DNA of 64,000 bases from Lytechinus pictus. Taxonomy: Eukaryota. The stretch covers positions 15,254,001 through 15,318,000 of the forward strand of contig NC_087250.1 of assembly GCF_037042905.1 (NCBI RefSeq), given 5' to 3'. The first letter of the stretch is position 1. Each line of letters begins with the position of its first letter. A program made the position numbers and the translations under genes. The notes under the pieces were generated by a model that saw only the letters and a program-made list of their open reading frames with translations, was not told where the DNA came from and ran no database searches. This document shows, piece by piece, positions 34,110 to 46,200 of this stretch.

Positions 34110-35260
34110 CTTGCAAGAAAGAAAGAAGAAAATGACAAAGATAAAGAAAAAAAGAAAAGGAAAGGGGGGAGGGTGAACAAATGGGTGAAAGAAAGAATGA
34201 AGGAGATAGAAAAAAAGGAAAGAAAAGTGAATGGAGAAGAAAGAAGGAAAAATCAAGTTCAAGTAAAAAATGAAGTAAAGAAAAAAAGGAAAAAAGAAAA
34301 AAAAACATGAAAAGAACGAGAGAATGTTTCCCTCATTCTTTGAAATAAAGAAAAAGAGAAAGAAGGGAAAGAAATGGGAGATGAATTAATGTGTGAAAGA
34401 AAGAATGAAGGAGAGAAAAAAACTTTAAAAAATGAGGATGAAAGAATGAAGGAAGGAAAAAGGGTTTTCTTCATTCTTTGAAAGAAAGAATGAAGAAATC
34501 AGGAAGGGAGGAAGGAAGGAAAGAATGAAAATAAGGGAAAAGGAAAGAAGGAAAGATAAGAATGAATGAAGGGAAGAGAGAATAAAAAAAGAAAATAATG
34601 GAAGAAGGAAAGAGAACAAAAAGAAAAAGGAGAGGAAGGGAGAAGGAAGCAAAGAACATTTTAAGGAAAGAAAGAATGAAGGAAATACAAAAGAAGGAAA
34701 CTATAAGAAAAGAAGGAAAGAAAGAAAAAAAAATGAGGGAAATAAGAAAGAAAGAATAAAGAAAATAAATTAACACAGAATTAAAGGAAGGAAAGCTAGG
34801 AAATTATAAGAAATAAAGATAGATGGAATGAAAGAAAGGAATTCAGGAAGGATAGAAGAAAGGATGAAGAAAGAAGGAATGGAAAGAAAATTAAGAGAGA
34901 AAGAGAAAAATCAGGAAGAAAGGAAAGAAAGAATAAGGGAAAAGAAAAGGAAAAAAATAATGAAGCCAAGAGAGAATGGAAGGAAGAAAAGAATGGAAGA
35001 GGGAATGACAGAAAGAAAAGAAAAAGGAGAGGAAGGGAGCAAAGAAAATAAAGAAAAGGAAATGAAGAAAAAAGAAGGAAAGTAAGAAAAGGAAGGAAAG
35101 AAAGAAAAATGAACAGAGAGGGAGAAAGCGAGGAAAGATTGAAAATAAAGAAAGATGAAAGAAAAAAGGCCAGCAGGAAGGATAGAAGAAATGATGAAGG
35201 AAGGATAAAAAAGTGAAGAAAAAAAAGAAGAAATAAGTTGAAACTTCAAAAAGAAAAAAA
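34110..35260. repeat. ~1.1-kb purine-rich (GA) low-complexity tract
   Basis: Direct reading; explains the Lys/Glu-rich and Phe/Ser-rich ORFs. Confidence 0.9.
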
Positions 35261-37709
35261 AATCCAATCATCTAACAAAAATCTTACTGATATTTTTATT
35301 AAATATATCTTAAAAATTGTTAGAAAATTAAAATGTTTTAGAATAAAATATAAAATTTTGAAGTGAAACATTGTTGAACTTAAAAATCAGATGAATCATC
35401 ATGGCATCACACACACGCAGCTACAAGTTCGCACTGATCACAAGACTCAAAACGAAAGCTGAAACAACTAGTTATGAAAACTCATACCTTGCTCCTCCAA
35501 TCACATCACCAAATCAGTATTATGAAAATCCATATAATTATTTTTAAAAAATTCCCGACGATTTTGTGATTATTTTTGTGGAAAAAGTATTTTTCATGTG
35601 AGATTGTTCACTGTGATTGATCGGGGATGTGCAGGTCCGGAGGACAGGTGTGCACCAGCTTGTACATGTTTGTATGCTGACTTTGTTTGTGTGTGTCTTT
35701 GTGTGTAGATTTGAGAAAATAGCGCAAACCGGCTTGCAATATGAATTCAGGGAAGTCCTGTATTTTTGCTTTTGAAATATGGGAAAACTTTGTAAAATTT
35801 CATTTCACAGCACTTGAGAACTGCTTGCCCGAATCGGGCAAGCAGTTTTTGCCTTTACTTCAGAACACTTGCCCGACTCTAACTGATGATGATAAGGATG
35901 ACAAAAATGATGATGATGCTTGTGATGGTAAATGTGTTGAAGCCAAACTGCCGAACCAAACAGAAGCTTGCCAAACTTGGCACTTCCAAACCAAAGCGAA
36001 CACAAAGTCAAAGGCTTGGTTTGATGGTTTAGTATGAAATATCAGACTCATTTTTTTTTTCAAGTGTCAATAAACAAAATTTAGTTCTGTATGTAGGGGG
36101 CACCATACAGAATAATAGACATCTTCATTGATTAGTTATTGTTACACAATGAATGTATATTTTCAAAATCCACCGTGAAAGCTTCTGCCTCGCCTTTGAT
36201 TCATTGTTATAAATTTTATAGCATTGTTAACCATGAATATATTTTTTCTCTTCATAAAATGGTAGGAGATTTGAAGCTAAACTTGGCATGAAAGTGTGAG
36301 TAATTAATTATATGACCATAATGGGTCATAACCGTAATAGTGAGTCAAAAGTCATATTTTGTTCGTTTTTAGACATAAAATTCCTTCCCCCCAACTGACA
36401 AAGTGCATACATGTATTAAATGGGGAAATGTATTTTTCATCTTCTGAATTACCAGTACATGAAATAATGAGGCTAGAAATGGAATCCCAAAGAACACAAA
36501 AAATTACAACGTCATATAGCAAGCAAAGCATCTAGTACCCTGATCGTGTTTAGGAAATTTTTTGATATGGTAAGTTAAAATAAGAGACAAACATCCTCAA
36601 CTGCTTTTATTAATAGGCCTTCTGGTAAAATTCATATTTCATAACATGAAATGTGATTCCAAAGTCAATATTTTCTTAAAAGTGGTTTCATCTGGTGTTG
36701 AATAATAATAAATAATATAGGATTTGTATAGCGCACGTATCCACCTTGCTAGGTGCTGGAGGCGCTCCTATATTACCCCGGCTAAGCTATTCTACCGCTT
36801 CTGGTGCGCACAGCTTTTGAGGAATTACTTCCTGCCGGTACTCATTTACCTCACCTGGGTCGAGTGCAGCACAGTGACTGTGGATAAATTTCTTGCTGAA
36901 GGAAAACACGCCATGGTTAGGATTCGACCCACGACCCTCTGTTTGAAAGGCGAGAGTCAGAACCACTAGACCACGATGCACCCAATTACTGACTCTAAAA
37001 ATAAGCTGAATTATCGGTTCCTCCTTGGTGTTAAAAGGTCGATGCCAAGTAATGTGTGCAGTGTTATAGCTACAGTAGACAGGAGTGGTCGGCCCAACCG
37101 GCACAGAAAATTTCTGACCACCAGTCATCATTATATATAAATAAATAGAGTAAACTTCACAGAGCAAAATGCTGAAAATTTCATCAAAATCGGATAACAA
37201 ATAATGAAGTTATTGAATTTTAAAGTTTATCAATATTTTGTGAAAACAATTATATGCACTTAATATGCACATCATCATGAATATTCATTAGGTGGCCTGA
37301 TGATGTCATATCCCCACTTTCCTTTTTCTACTGTTATTACATGAAATCATAATTGATTCATTTTTCATACATGTGTAAATGATGTGTCTCTATTATGATG
37401 AAATAAGTTGCGGCAATAAATAACAAATGTACAAATCAGTTGTCAATCCAATTGTTTTAGTTCTTGGTAGAAAATTTTTGAATAAACAATTTCATATAAT
37501 AAAAAAAAATAAAAAACCAAGTGCGGATATATCATCACCAGCCCACCTAATGAATATTCATGAAGACATGCCTAGAACTGTTATCCAATTTTGATCAAAT
37601 TTTCAGCACTTTACTCTGTGAATTTACTCTATTTATTGAGATAAAAATATCTCCAGCCTGGACCATCACTTTAAAGATTCTTACGCATATATTTGACAAC
37701 GGTTTATTT

Positions 37710-39529
37710 CCCAGGACCAAAATCCAATTGAAACCAGTTGGATTTCCAACTGGTTTCAATTGGTTTCAATTGGTTTCAACTGGTTTCAATTGGTTTTAAC
37801 TGGAATTTAACAATTTCCAGTTGAAACCAATTGAAACCAGTTGGGCAACTGGAAATCCTAACTGGAACCAGTTGGGTAACTGGAAATGACTTCCAATTGG
37901 GAATGATTTCTAACTGGAACCAGTTGAGCAACTGGAAATCCCAACTGGAACCAGTTGGGCAACTGGAAATCCTAACTGGAACCAGTTGAGTAACTGGAAA
38001 TGACTTCCAATTGGAAATGATTTCTTACTGGAACCAGTTGAGTAACTGGAAATCCCAACTGGAACCAGTTGGGCAACTGGAAATCCTAACTGGAACCAGT
38101 TGGGTAACTGGAAATGACTTCCAATTGGAAATGATTTCTAACTGGAACCAGTTGGGCAACTGGAAATCCTAACTGGAACCAGTTGGGTAACTGGAAATGA
38201 CTTCCAACTGGAAATGATTTCTAACTGGAACCAGTTGAGTAACTGGAAATCCCAACTGGAACCAGTTGGGCAACTGGAAATCCTAACTGGAACCAGTTGG
38301 GTAACTGGAAATGACTTCCAATTGGAAATGATTTCTTACTGGAACCAGTTGAGTAACTGGAAATCCCAACTGGAACCAGTTGGGCAACTGGAAATCCTAA
38401 CTGGAACCAGTTGGGTAACTGGAAATGACTTCCAATTGGAAATGATTTCTAACTGGAACCAGTTGGGCAACTGGAAATCCTAACTGGAACCAGTTGGGTA
38501 ACTGGAAATGACTTCCAACTGGAAATGATTTCTAACTGGAACCAGTTGGGTAACTGGAAATCCTAACTTGAACCATTCAGTTGTGTAACTGGAAATCCTA
38601 ACTGGTACCAATTGGGTAACTGAGATGACTTCTAACTGGAAAGATGGGTAACTGGAAATGAATTCTAATTGGAACCAGTTGGGTAACTGGAAATTATTTC
38701 CAATTGGTTTCCAATTGGAAATTTTCCAGTTACCCAACTGGATCCAATTGAAACCAGTTAATTTGCATATTATTTGCCAGTGTGCACAGATTAATGTTTT
38801 ATGAGATTAATCATCATTAACAATGTATCTATTTAATTCTTTACAATTTCAAGTACCACACTTTTTAAAGATTAGTATTTAGAATACTTAGCAGTGAAAA
38901 CCATGTTCATAAATGTTATAGATTATAATTAAAACAGATTAAAGGATAATTAGTACACCACTAACTGTTACCAAATTACATCAAATAAAAGTACATATAT
39001 TTGAAGATCTTCCATATAAATATATATACATGAAAGTCTGTATTTTATCAATGCCCTTTACATTGGTATTAATAGACATATAACACTGCTTCTGTGTTGG
39101 CATGATAAATAGTTACTGCAAATGCTAATTAATTTGTAACTAATTAAGTTCGTTCCAACTGGAAGTTCCAATTGGATCCAGTTGGAAACCAATTGGTTTC
39201 AACTGGTTCCAGTTGAAACCAGTTGCCTCCAATTGGTTTCAACTGGAACCAATTGAAACCAGTTGCCTCCAATTGGATTCAATTGGTTTTAATAGGGAAA
39301 TTGGAACAACTGGAACCAATTGACAACAATTGCCAACTGGTTCCAGTTGCCCAATTGGTTTTAACTGGAACCAATTGGCAACTGGTTTTCAATTGGTTTT
39401 TAACTGGAACCAATTGGCAACTGGTTTTCAATTGGAACCAGTTGTTCCAATTTCCCTATTGAAACCAGTTGGCCAACTGGTTTCAATTGGTTTTGCCCTA
39501 ATTGGTTTTAACTGGATTTTGGTCCTGGG
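37710..39529. mobile_element. 1.8-kb non-autonomous element with CCCAGGACCAAAATCCA TIRs and large arrays of AACTGG/CCAGTT repeats (EnSpm/CACTA-like)
   Basis: 17-bp perfect TIR ending in CCC/GGG, T-rich flanks compatible with a 2-3 bp TSD, subterminal tandem arrays. Confidence 0.75.
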
Positions 39530-40257
39530 TTTCAATGTCAGATGATATTCCTTCACTTTGGGCTTCAAGACCACTAACTCAGCCTGAAAAAAAACTTTGT
39601 AATGCAGTGAAATAGCGACCACCACTAAAATGTTCTAGCTACATGTAGAACACTGAATGTGTGGCATACTGTATCAACAATAATAACAATACAGTCCCAT
39701 GTACTTATTTTTTAGTTGGTAATGCCTTCGAAACCAATTAGCGTCCATCTTTCAGGACCAAGGGACTGATGATTTATCTTTTTAGGGTAATTAATTGACC
39801 AGATTAAACTACTTTGAAGCAGTTGAGTGAGAGTTGTTTTGTTTGTCTCATGTTTCAAATTTCCCAATCATCACTTTCTGATCAGGTTTTTTTTTTTTTC
39901 TTTTTATTTAATTTGGAAAGGAAATAGGAACGACTTTTAATATTTTTTGAAAGTATTTAAATAAAAAAAAAAGAAAATGAAAATAACAAAATTTGTTTAT
40001 TTGTAAATGTGTATTACAGACCATTCTAACAATGAATGTTTAGTTTTCTCAATGCTGGCAGTCTTTTATGATATATTTTTAAAAATATATATTGCTAAAT
40101 ATTGGAAAAATGGTAAACTCTGCTGACCAAACCGAACCTGATAATGGCGCCTGACTTGCTACAGTTTTTATCTAATTATTTTCTTTTTAACAAGAAATAT
40201 TTCCTGTTTTTTATTTACAGCTTTCATTGTTGATTCTTTCATACCAAGGCTTGATAA

Positions 40258-40280
40258 ATGGAGGATGAAGATTTATTTAG
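40258..40280 (+). CDS. OSBPL11: OSBPL11-like first coding segment (MEDEDLF-R); exon spans 40221-40280
   Basis: tttacag acceptor at 40220, in-frame TAA just before the ATG, AG|gtaaga donor, phase 2 matches the next exon. Confidence 0.75.
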
Positions 40281-43200
40281 GTAAGATTTCTGTGATTTGC
40301 TTTATTAATGCAATATGCTACACAATACAGAGCTATTGAATGGTATGTGATCAGATAGATGTAAAATGAGAAAGCTCTCTTTGATATGGTTAAATTGCTT
40401 TAAATGGGGGGACTTAAGAAATGTTCTTTGCATGGAATATGAAATATGAAATATTTCAATATTCTCCTTTCAATGTAGAATCTGGATTTATTGATTTGTA
40501 TGTCGAATTGTCATTGTACAGATTCCTTATTGTCAGATCTAATCTCTGATTTCATATTTTATTAAGAATTTTCATTTTCTCCTAAAACGATGTACAATAC
40601 ATGTATGCAAAATAACCATTTTCATATTAGTTTCAATGTCAGTTATGTTTTTTTAAATCGATCCCACTTGCAAAAAAATTCACTCCAGTAGTTTTTACTG
40701 TTGTGAATGTGTCATAATTGAATTTCTCATAATTTGCAAACCCTTTGTATGATACATGTATACATGTTCTCTCCTTCCCCTCTCTCCCGCCTTCAAATCT
40801 ATTTCCCCGTGTACATGTATCTTTTCTTCGTCTGTCTTCTCTCAATTCCCTTTATTCTGCGGTTGCATGCTAAATTAAAATAAAAAAACCAATTAATGCT
40901 ATAAGGAAGTGGAAATATATATTTGACCACTTTTTGTACATATCTCTTTGCATGAGCACCGCTGTTTCAACAGATTTCTGAAATTCAATCTACTTTCTGA
41001 AATGTGCTGGTCGGTGGCACTTGCAGGTCATGTATTGCAAATTACATGGTACAAGCAAAACAGTGCTGTTTCACTGAATACGTACCCTGTTGCATAAAAG
41101 TTACTATTATGCTATTAACTTTGTCATCGATGGTAACTTCCATGGTAATGCTGATCAACAGCCAATCAAAATCAAGGATTTCATGCAAGTTGCCTTTGTA
41201 CATGTAATGGTAGCTTTTATGCAACGGGGCCGCCCTGATCTCGCCACCTTTCTGGCTTTGAAGGGAAGAATACTATTTGAAATTACCCTTCTTTTCTATA
41301 TTCTGAAAAAGGCTTCTGAAAATCAAATTATTTTTGTAGTTATTATTATTATTATGAATAATCTTATCATCATTATTAAATTATTATATGATATTGACTG
41401 GCCTTGAGGGGAACATCAAATATGTCACTCGCAACAGAATCATATTGGCCTGAGTCTCTAGATGAGGGCAATATGGTTCTTTTAAGGGCGACGTATTTGA
41501 TGTTTTCCGAAAGAAGAGCCAGTCAATATTATTATTACCTACAGTAAGGCTGTACAATCTGTAATTCAAGCTATTATTTGGAACAATAAATTATTTATAT
41601 GCCTGTTTGCTTATCACTACTTTTGATTTCAGGTTATTCACTTTATAGCGAAGGAACCCTTAATATTTGTGATGTAAATTGTTACCTTTGCAGTTGCACA
41701 TCATGCATGGCGTGCACATGCACTCAACGCGTAGAAATCTTGCGCTTGGGTTACGTTTGTGTATGCACTGGCCGCGCCACGCATTATCTACAATGCGTTG
41801 GTTCATAAACTGGTTCCAGCTAGATTTCTGAAATTATACTGAAATTAGCGATCAAAATCGGCTCCTACTTCGCAAGCGCACCAGCAGAAATATGGCCAAT
41901 ATTGCCCTCTGTTTTGAACAGGATTCCTATGGGCCAAACTCCGAGGAGGGCAACATGGCAAATGTTTACCTCGTTGGTCTCGGATTGAAAGTAACAAGCA
42001 AAATATGATAATGAGTTTTATTCATCTGCTAAAATACCTTGTATAGGTAATAATCATTATTATTATTATTGTTATTATTATTATTACTAGCAGAGCCCGT
42101 GGAAATTCCACGGGTTTTGGGGGTGTGATTAAAGTTAAATAGAATTTGTTGTAGATTGACATGTTTATTCAAGATAGGGAAAGAAATAAACATTTGAATT
42201 TTTTAAGAAGTTGTGGTTTGAAAGGAATGTGAAAGTTAGGTTTTTATTTGAAGTCGTAATTTGTTTTGAAAAATATATGATTGATTAAATGTAATAGTGA
42301 GAAAGTAAAAGGTGATAAAGAGTATAGGATTATGGTTATTGTTATTATTATTATTATTATTATTGTTATTAAATTATTATTATCAATATTACTATTATTA
42401 TTATCATTAACATCATTATGTTGCACATTACAGGCAGCCTCACGAAGGACTGCTAAACAAGTTCACCAATGTCGTCAAGGGGTGGCAGTACAGATGGTTT
42501 GTTCTTGACCCCAGCAGAGGGGTTCTTGAATACTTCCTGGTAAGTTTATTAATTACATAGGCCCGTGTTCTGGGGAGCGTTTCATCAACATTTTAGTCCG
42601 ACAAGTTGTCAGGTATGACATCTTTCCTAGATTCTGATTGGCTGAGAAGCACTGTTACTATGGTAACTGTCGGATAAAACAGTACTTGTCGGATGAAACG
42701 TCTGACAAGTCCTTTCATGAAACGCTCCCCTGAAGTCTGGTTTAACTTAGACCATGGTCTAACTCTGTGCTAAAATTATGGGAAGCCAAAAGTGTCAAAA
42801 TTTTTATGAAGTTGTATGTTTCTTATATATTTACTGTGCTCTTTTCTGATTCTTCAATGGTGAAGACAGTGATCTATTTATACTTCCTAGACAATTATGA
42901 ATGATTTGAGAGCCAAATGAGCTGAAATATGATATCTCTACTTTTAGTGATTTATGTAACAATTGGCTATCCATACTTAAACCACAACTTTAAACCTGAG
43001 GCTAAGTTAAACCTGACTTCAGAATACAAGCCATAATGTTCTCAATTTTAGTGCAGTTACATGTAGTATTCATGTATGCATTGTATTTACTTAATGATAA
43101 TAATACGAAACATATGTTATAATTTAGTAATAGTTGGAGTTCAATTCAACTGGCACTTGAGATAACTCGGCCCCGCCCCTTCATATCTCTGCTGCTTTGT

Positions 43201-46200
43201 GGTCATAAATAGCATCAAGTAAATCCATTTAAACCACACAAAAAAAAACAATCATACATTTATGATATTTTGTTGAAAAACACATTTTGCATTGAAGGGG
43301 GGGGGGGGGGGGTCAAAATGAACCCCCCCCCCCCACTGTTAAATAAGGGTTAATGCACAATCTGACTGATGGTTATGCGGCGGTGTCCGTTCTGTGCACA
43401 TGATATGACCAATACGATAATGCGTTAAATACTGTATGCAACTGGGAATCGAAGTGCCCCCCCCCCCCCAGGTCATTCCAAAGAGTCATCTGTTGAAAAG
43501 TTAGATGTCAGTTAGCCGGGTCTTCAATTAAAACAGGTGGACTTGGCATAATCTGTATAGCAGGTAGATTATACAACACAATATAAAGAAAAGGGGTAGA
43601 ACCTGTATGCATTATATCTGTATCACATTTGTAGCAAGCATCACACTATGCAACTGGGAATCGAAGTGCAACCTCCCCCCCCCCCCCCCAGGTCATTCGA
43701 CAGAACCATCTGTTGAAAAGTTAGATGTCAGTTTTGAGCCGGGTCTTCAATTAAAACAGGTGGACATGGCATTATACAATACAATAAAGAGAAAGGGCAA
43801 ATCCTGTATGCATCGTACTCTGCATGCTTTTCAAGAGTTATGCCCAGTCACATCAATGAAACCGAGTCCAAATCGACCGATGGAACGTCATTGGTAATAA
43901 CATGAAAGCTTTGACCAATCTGCGTCCTCTTTCATAAAGACTTGTTATCTTGTTATAATATAATATGCATAATTCTCTAAATCAAATTTACTATCAGCCA
44001 ATCAGATTGAAGGATTTCAGTAGCTTTTAACTGTTATTGTGAATTTGATATTATAACAAGTTTTATGAAACGGCCCCCTGGAGTCAGCTTTGTTGTCGTG
44101 ACTGTAGCATGACAATGTGCATTTGACTGATTTGAGATATTTACGTTCTCAAAGTATCACCTAAAAACAATTGTGATGCGCACTCTTAGTATGGATGATA
44201 CTATTTCATGAGTCTTTATTTCTTCTCTCTCTCTTTAGAATGAGGAAGGCAAAAAGCAGAAACCAAGAGGAGCAATTCACCTGTCTGTAAGTTTCTTATA
44301 ATGTAGCCTACAGCTGATAAACTTACATTCAGTTTGTAGCAAGTGAAGTTTGATATAGCTGTCAGGTGGGTGTTTCATAAAGCTGTAGCTGTTCGTAAAG
44401 TTATGAACAGCTTTACGCATGACTGGAACATGTTATTAGGTCATAACTCAATTACATATATAGGGACAGAGATTTTCCGCGATCGCGGAAAACGGACGGA
44501 ATTCACGGAAATGGCCTTTTGAAACGGAAAGTGGCATTTCAAACGGAAAATCACGGAAAACATATTTTCCCTCAGAATACACAGAACAGCAACATAAATT
44601 ACTCCAAAATCTCAACAAAATACGAATATAAAATGGCCACTAAACCTCACAAAACACGATCTCACTTCACTACAATCACGACAAAATCCACACATCGTGA
44701 CTGCATGCTCTTCACTCCATCACACTAGATCGTACCCCTCGCCCCGGTCCTTCCCGACCGCACCGGCGGGGTACGGTCGATCGGCCGTATCAAAATCATT
44801 CACATGTATGCAGGTCGTGTGTTGCTACCCTCTACGTTTGAAGATGTACAGCACGATCTTGAAATCCAAAATGGCAGTTAGAACAAAATCGTTGACTGCT
44901 CAGAACGATGTCCAAAAAACCCCAAAATTATCGATAAAATTTCATTCAACCGTAAAATAATTCTAAAAATGTGAAAGGTGAGGATGTATTCATGTTAAAT
45001 ATGTTTGTCAAAATATTTTGTGTACCCGCTTAGATCAGATGAGAGCGGATTCTACTGCGTTGTTGGTACAGTGGCAGATACAAATTTGACCAGCGCGAGT
45101 GGCAACTTGTGTTATTGCTACTGAATGGGTAAACGGAACCGTTAATTTTTTATGTACACAAAGTCTATGGGGAAACAGAATTTCTGTTTTCTGACATGCT
45201 GAAACGGAATTTAAGATTTTCTGAAACGGAAAAGGCAATTTTTTAAAACAAAAAATCACTGTCCCTATACATAGGGATATTACATAGCACAATAAAGGAT
45301 CACCAGTCATGTGTAAAGTCATTCGTATCTTTATGAAACACCCACCAGGACTTAATTATGACTGACTTTACGAAATGACTGGTGATCCTTTCTCAGAAGT
45401 ATAGAAAACACCAATGAAATTTTGGTGCACATGATTTACCACAAGATTTGTAAAGTTGCTTATAAATTAGGAACAGATTTATGAAACACCCACCAGATGT
45501 ATTTCCCTATTCTAGAAACCAGAGGGTGTTTCATGGGGTCAATGGGCCATTTCATTTAGCTGTTTGTAAGTTAATTATGACTTAGCGCACAGCTAGTAAC
45601 CCTTTCTTGAGCTAAAGGTACGTCCCTGTGTAGCTGACTTAGCATCTAAGAACATGTTCAAGTTGTGTGTCAAAGTCATACCTAAGCTTGCAACCTGCTA
45701 TATCAAACACAACCCCATACTCTCAGATCTGCACAATCTCAAATGCCATGATAATTAATTCTGAGACAACTTCATATGGCTGAAGACGCCAATTTAGAAT
45801 TGGTGAAATGCTACTCCAAGTATTGGTAGTATATTTCCTACTATTGAATTTAAAAGTTCCATTGCTTGTACAGTAGTAGATCAAGTATTACTTAAGGACG
45901 TTCCACAGTTATAGTTGTGCGCATTATGATCTGCGCATAGTTTACACTCTGCGCGCTGACGTCACAATGGATGAACAGGTATTAATTAGCTGCGGGTATG
46001 AGCTAATTTTTCTCATCTTCTGCACTTTAACTGCAGATCCGATGCGTTATTTCATGAAGCTAAAAAATTGAATTATTCCATGGACCATTTTTTTAAATAT
46101 CTCTACAATTTCAAAATACTTTACTCTGCAGTGCTGCCAAGAATCACGAACATGACCCCGAGTTTGAATAAATGGTAGAGTGGTTTTGATTTTTTCTTCA

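Noticed and set aside
34044..35271. Lys/Glu-rich and Phe/Ser-rich ORFs
   Set aside because: Low-complexity purine tract with no domain signature or splice support
38214..39545. Repetitive Trp/Asn/Gln ORFs and a CRISPR-like appearance
   Set aside because: Tandem repeats without unique spacers inside a TIR element; eukaryotic context and no cas genes
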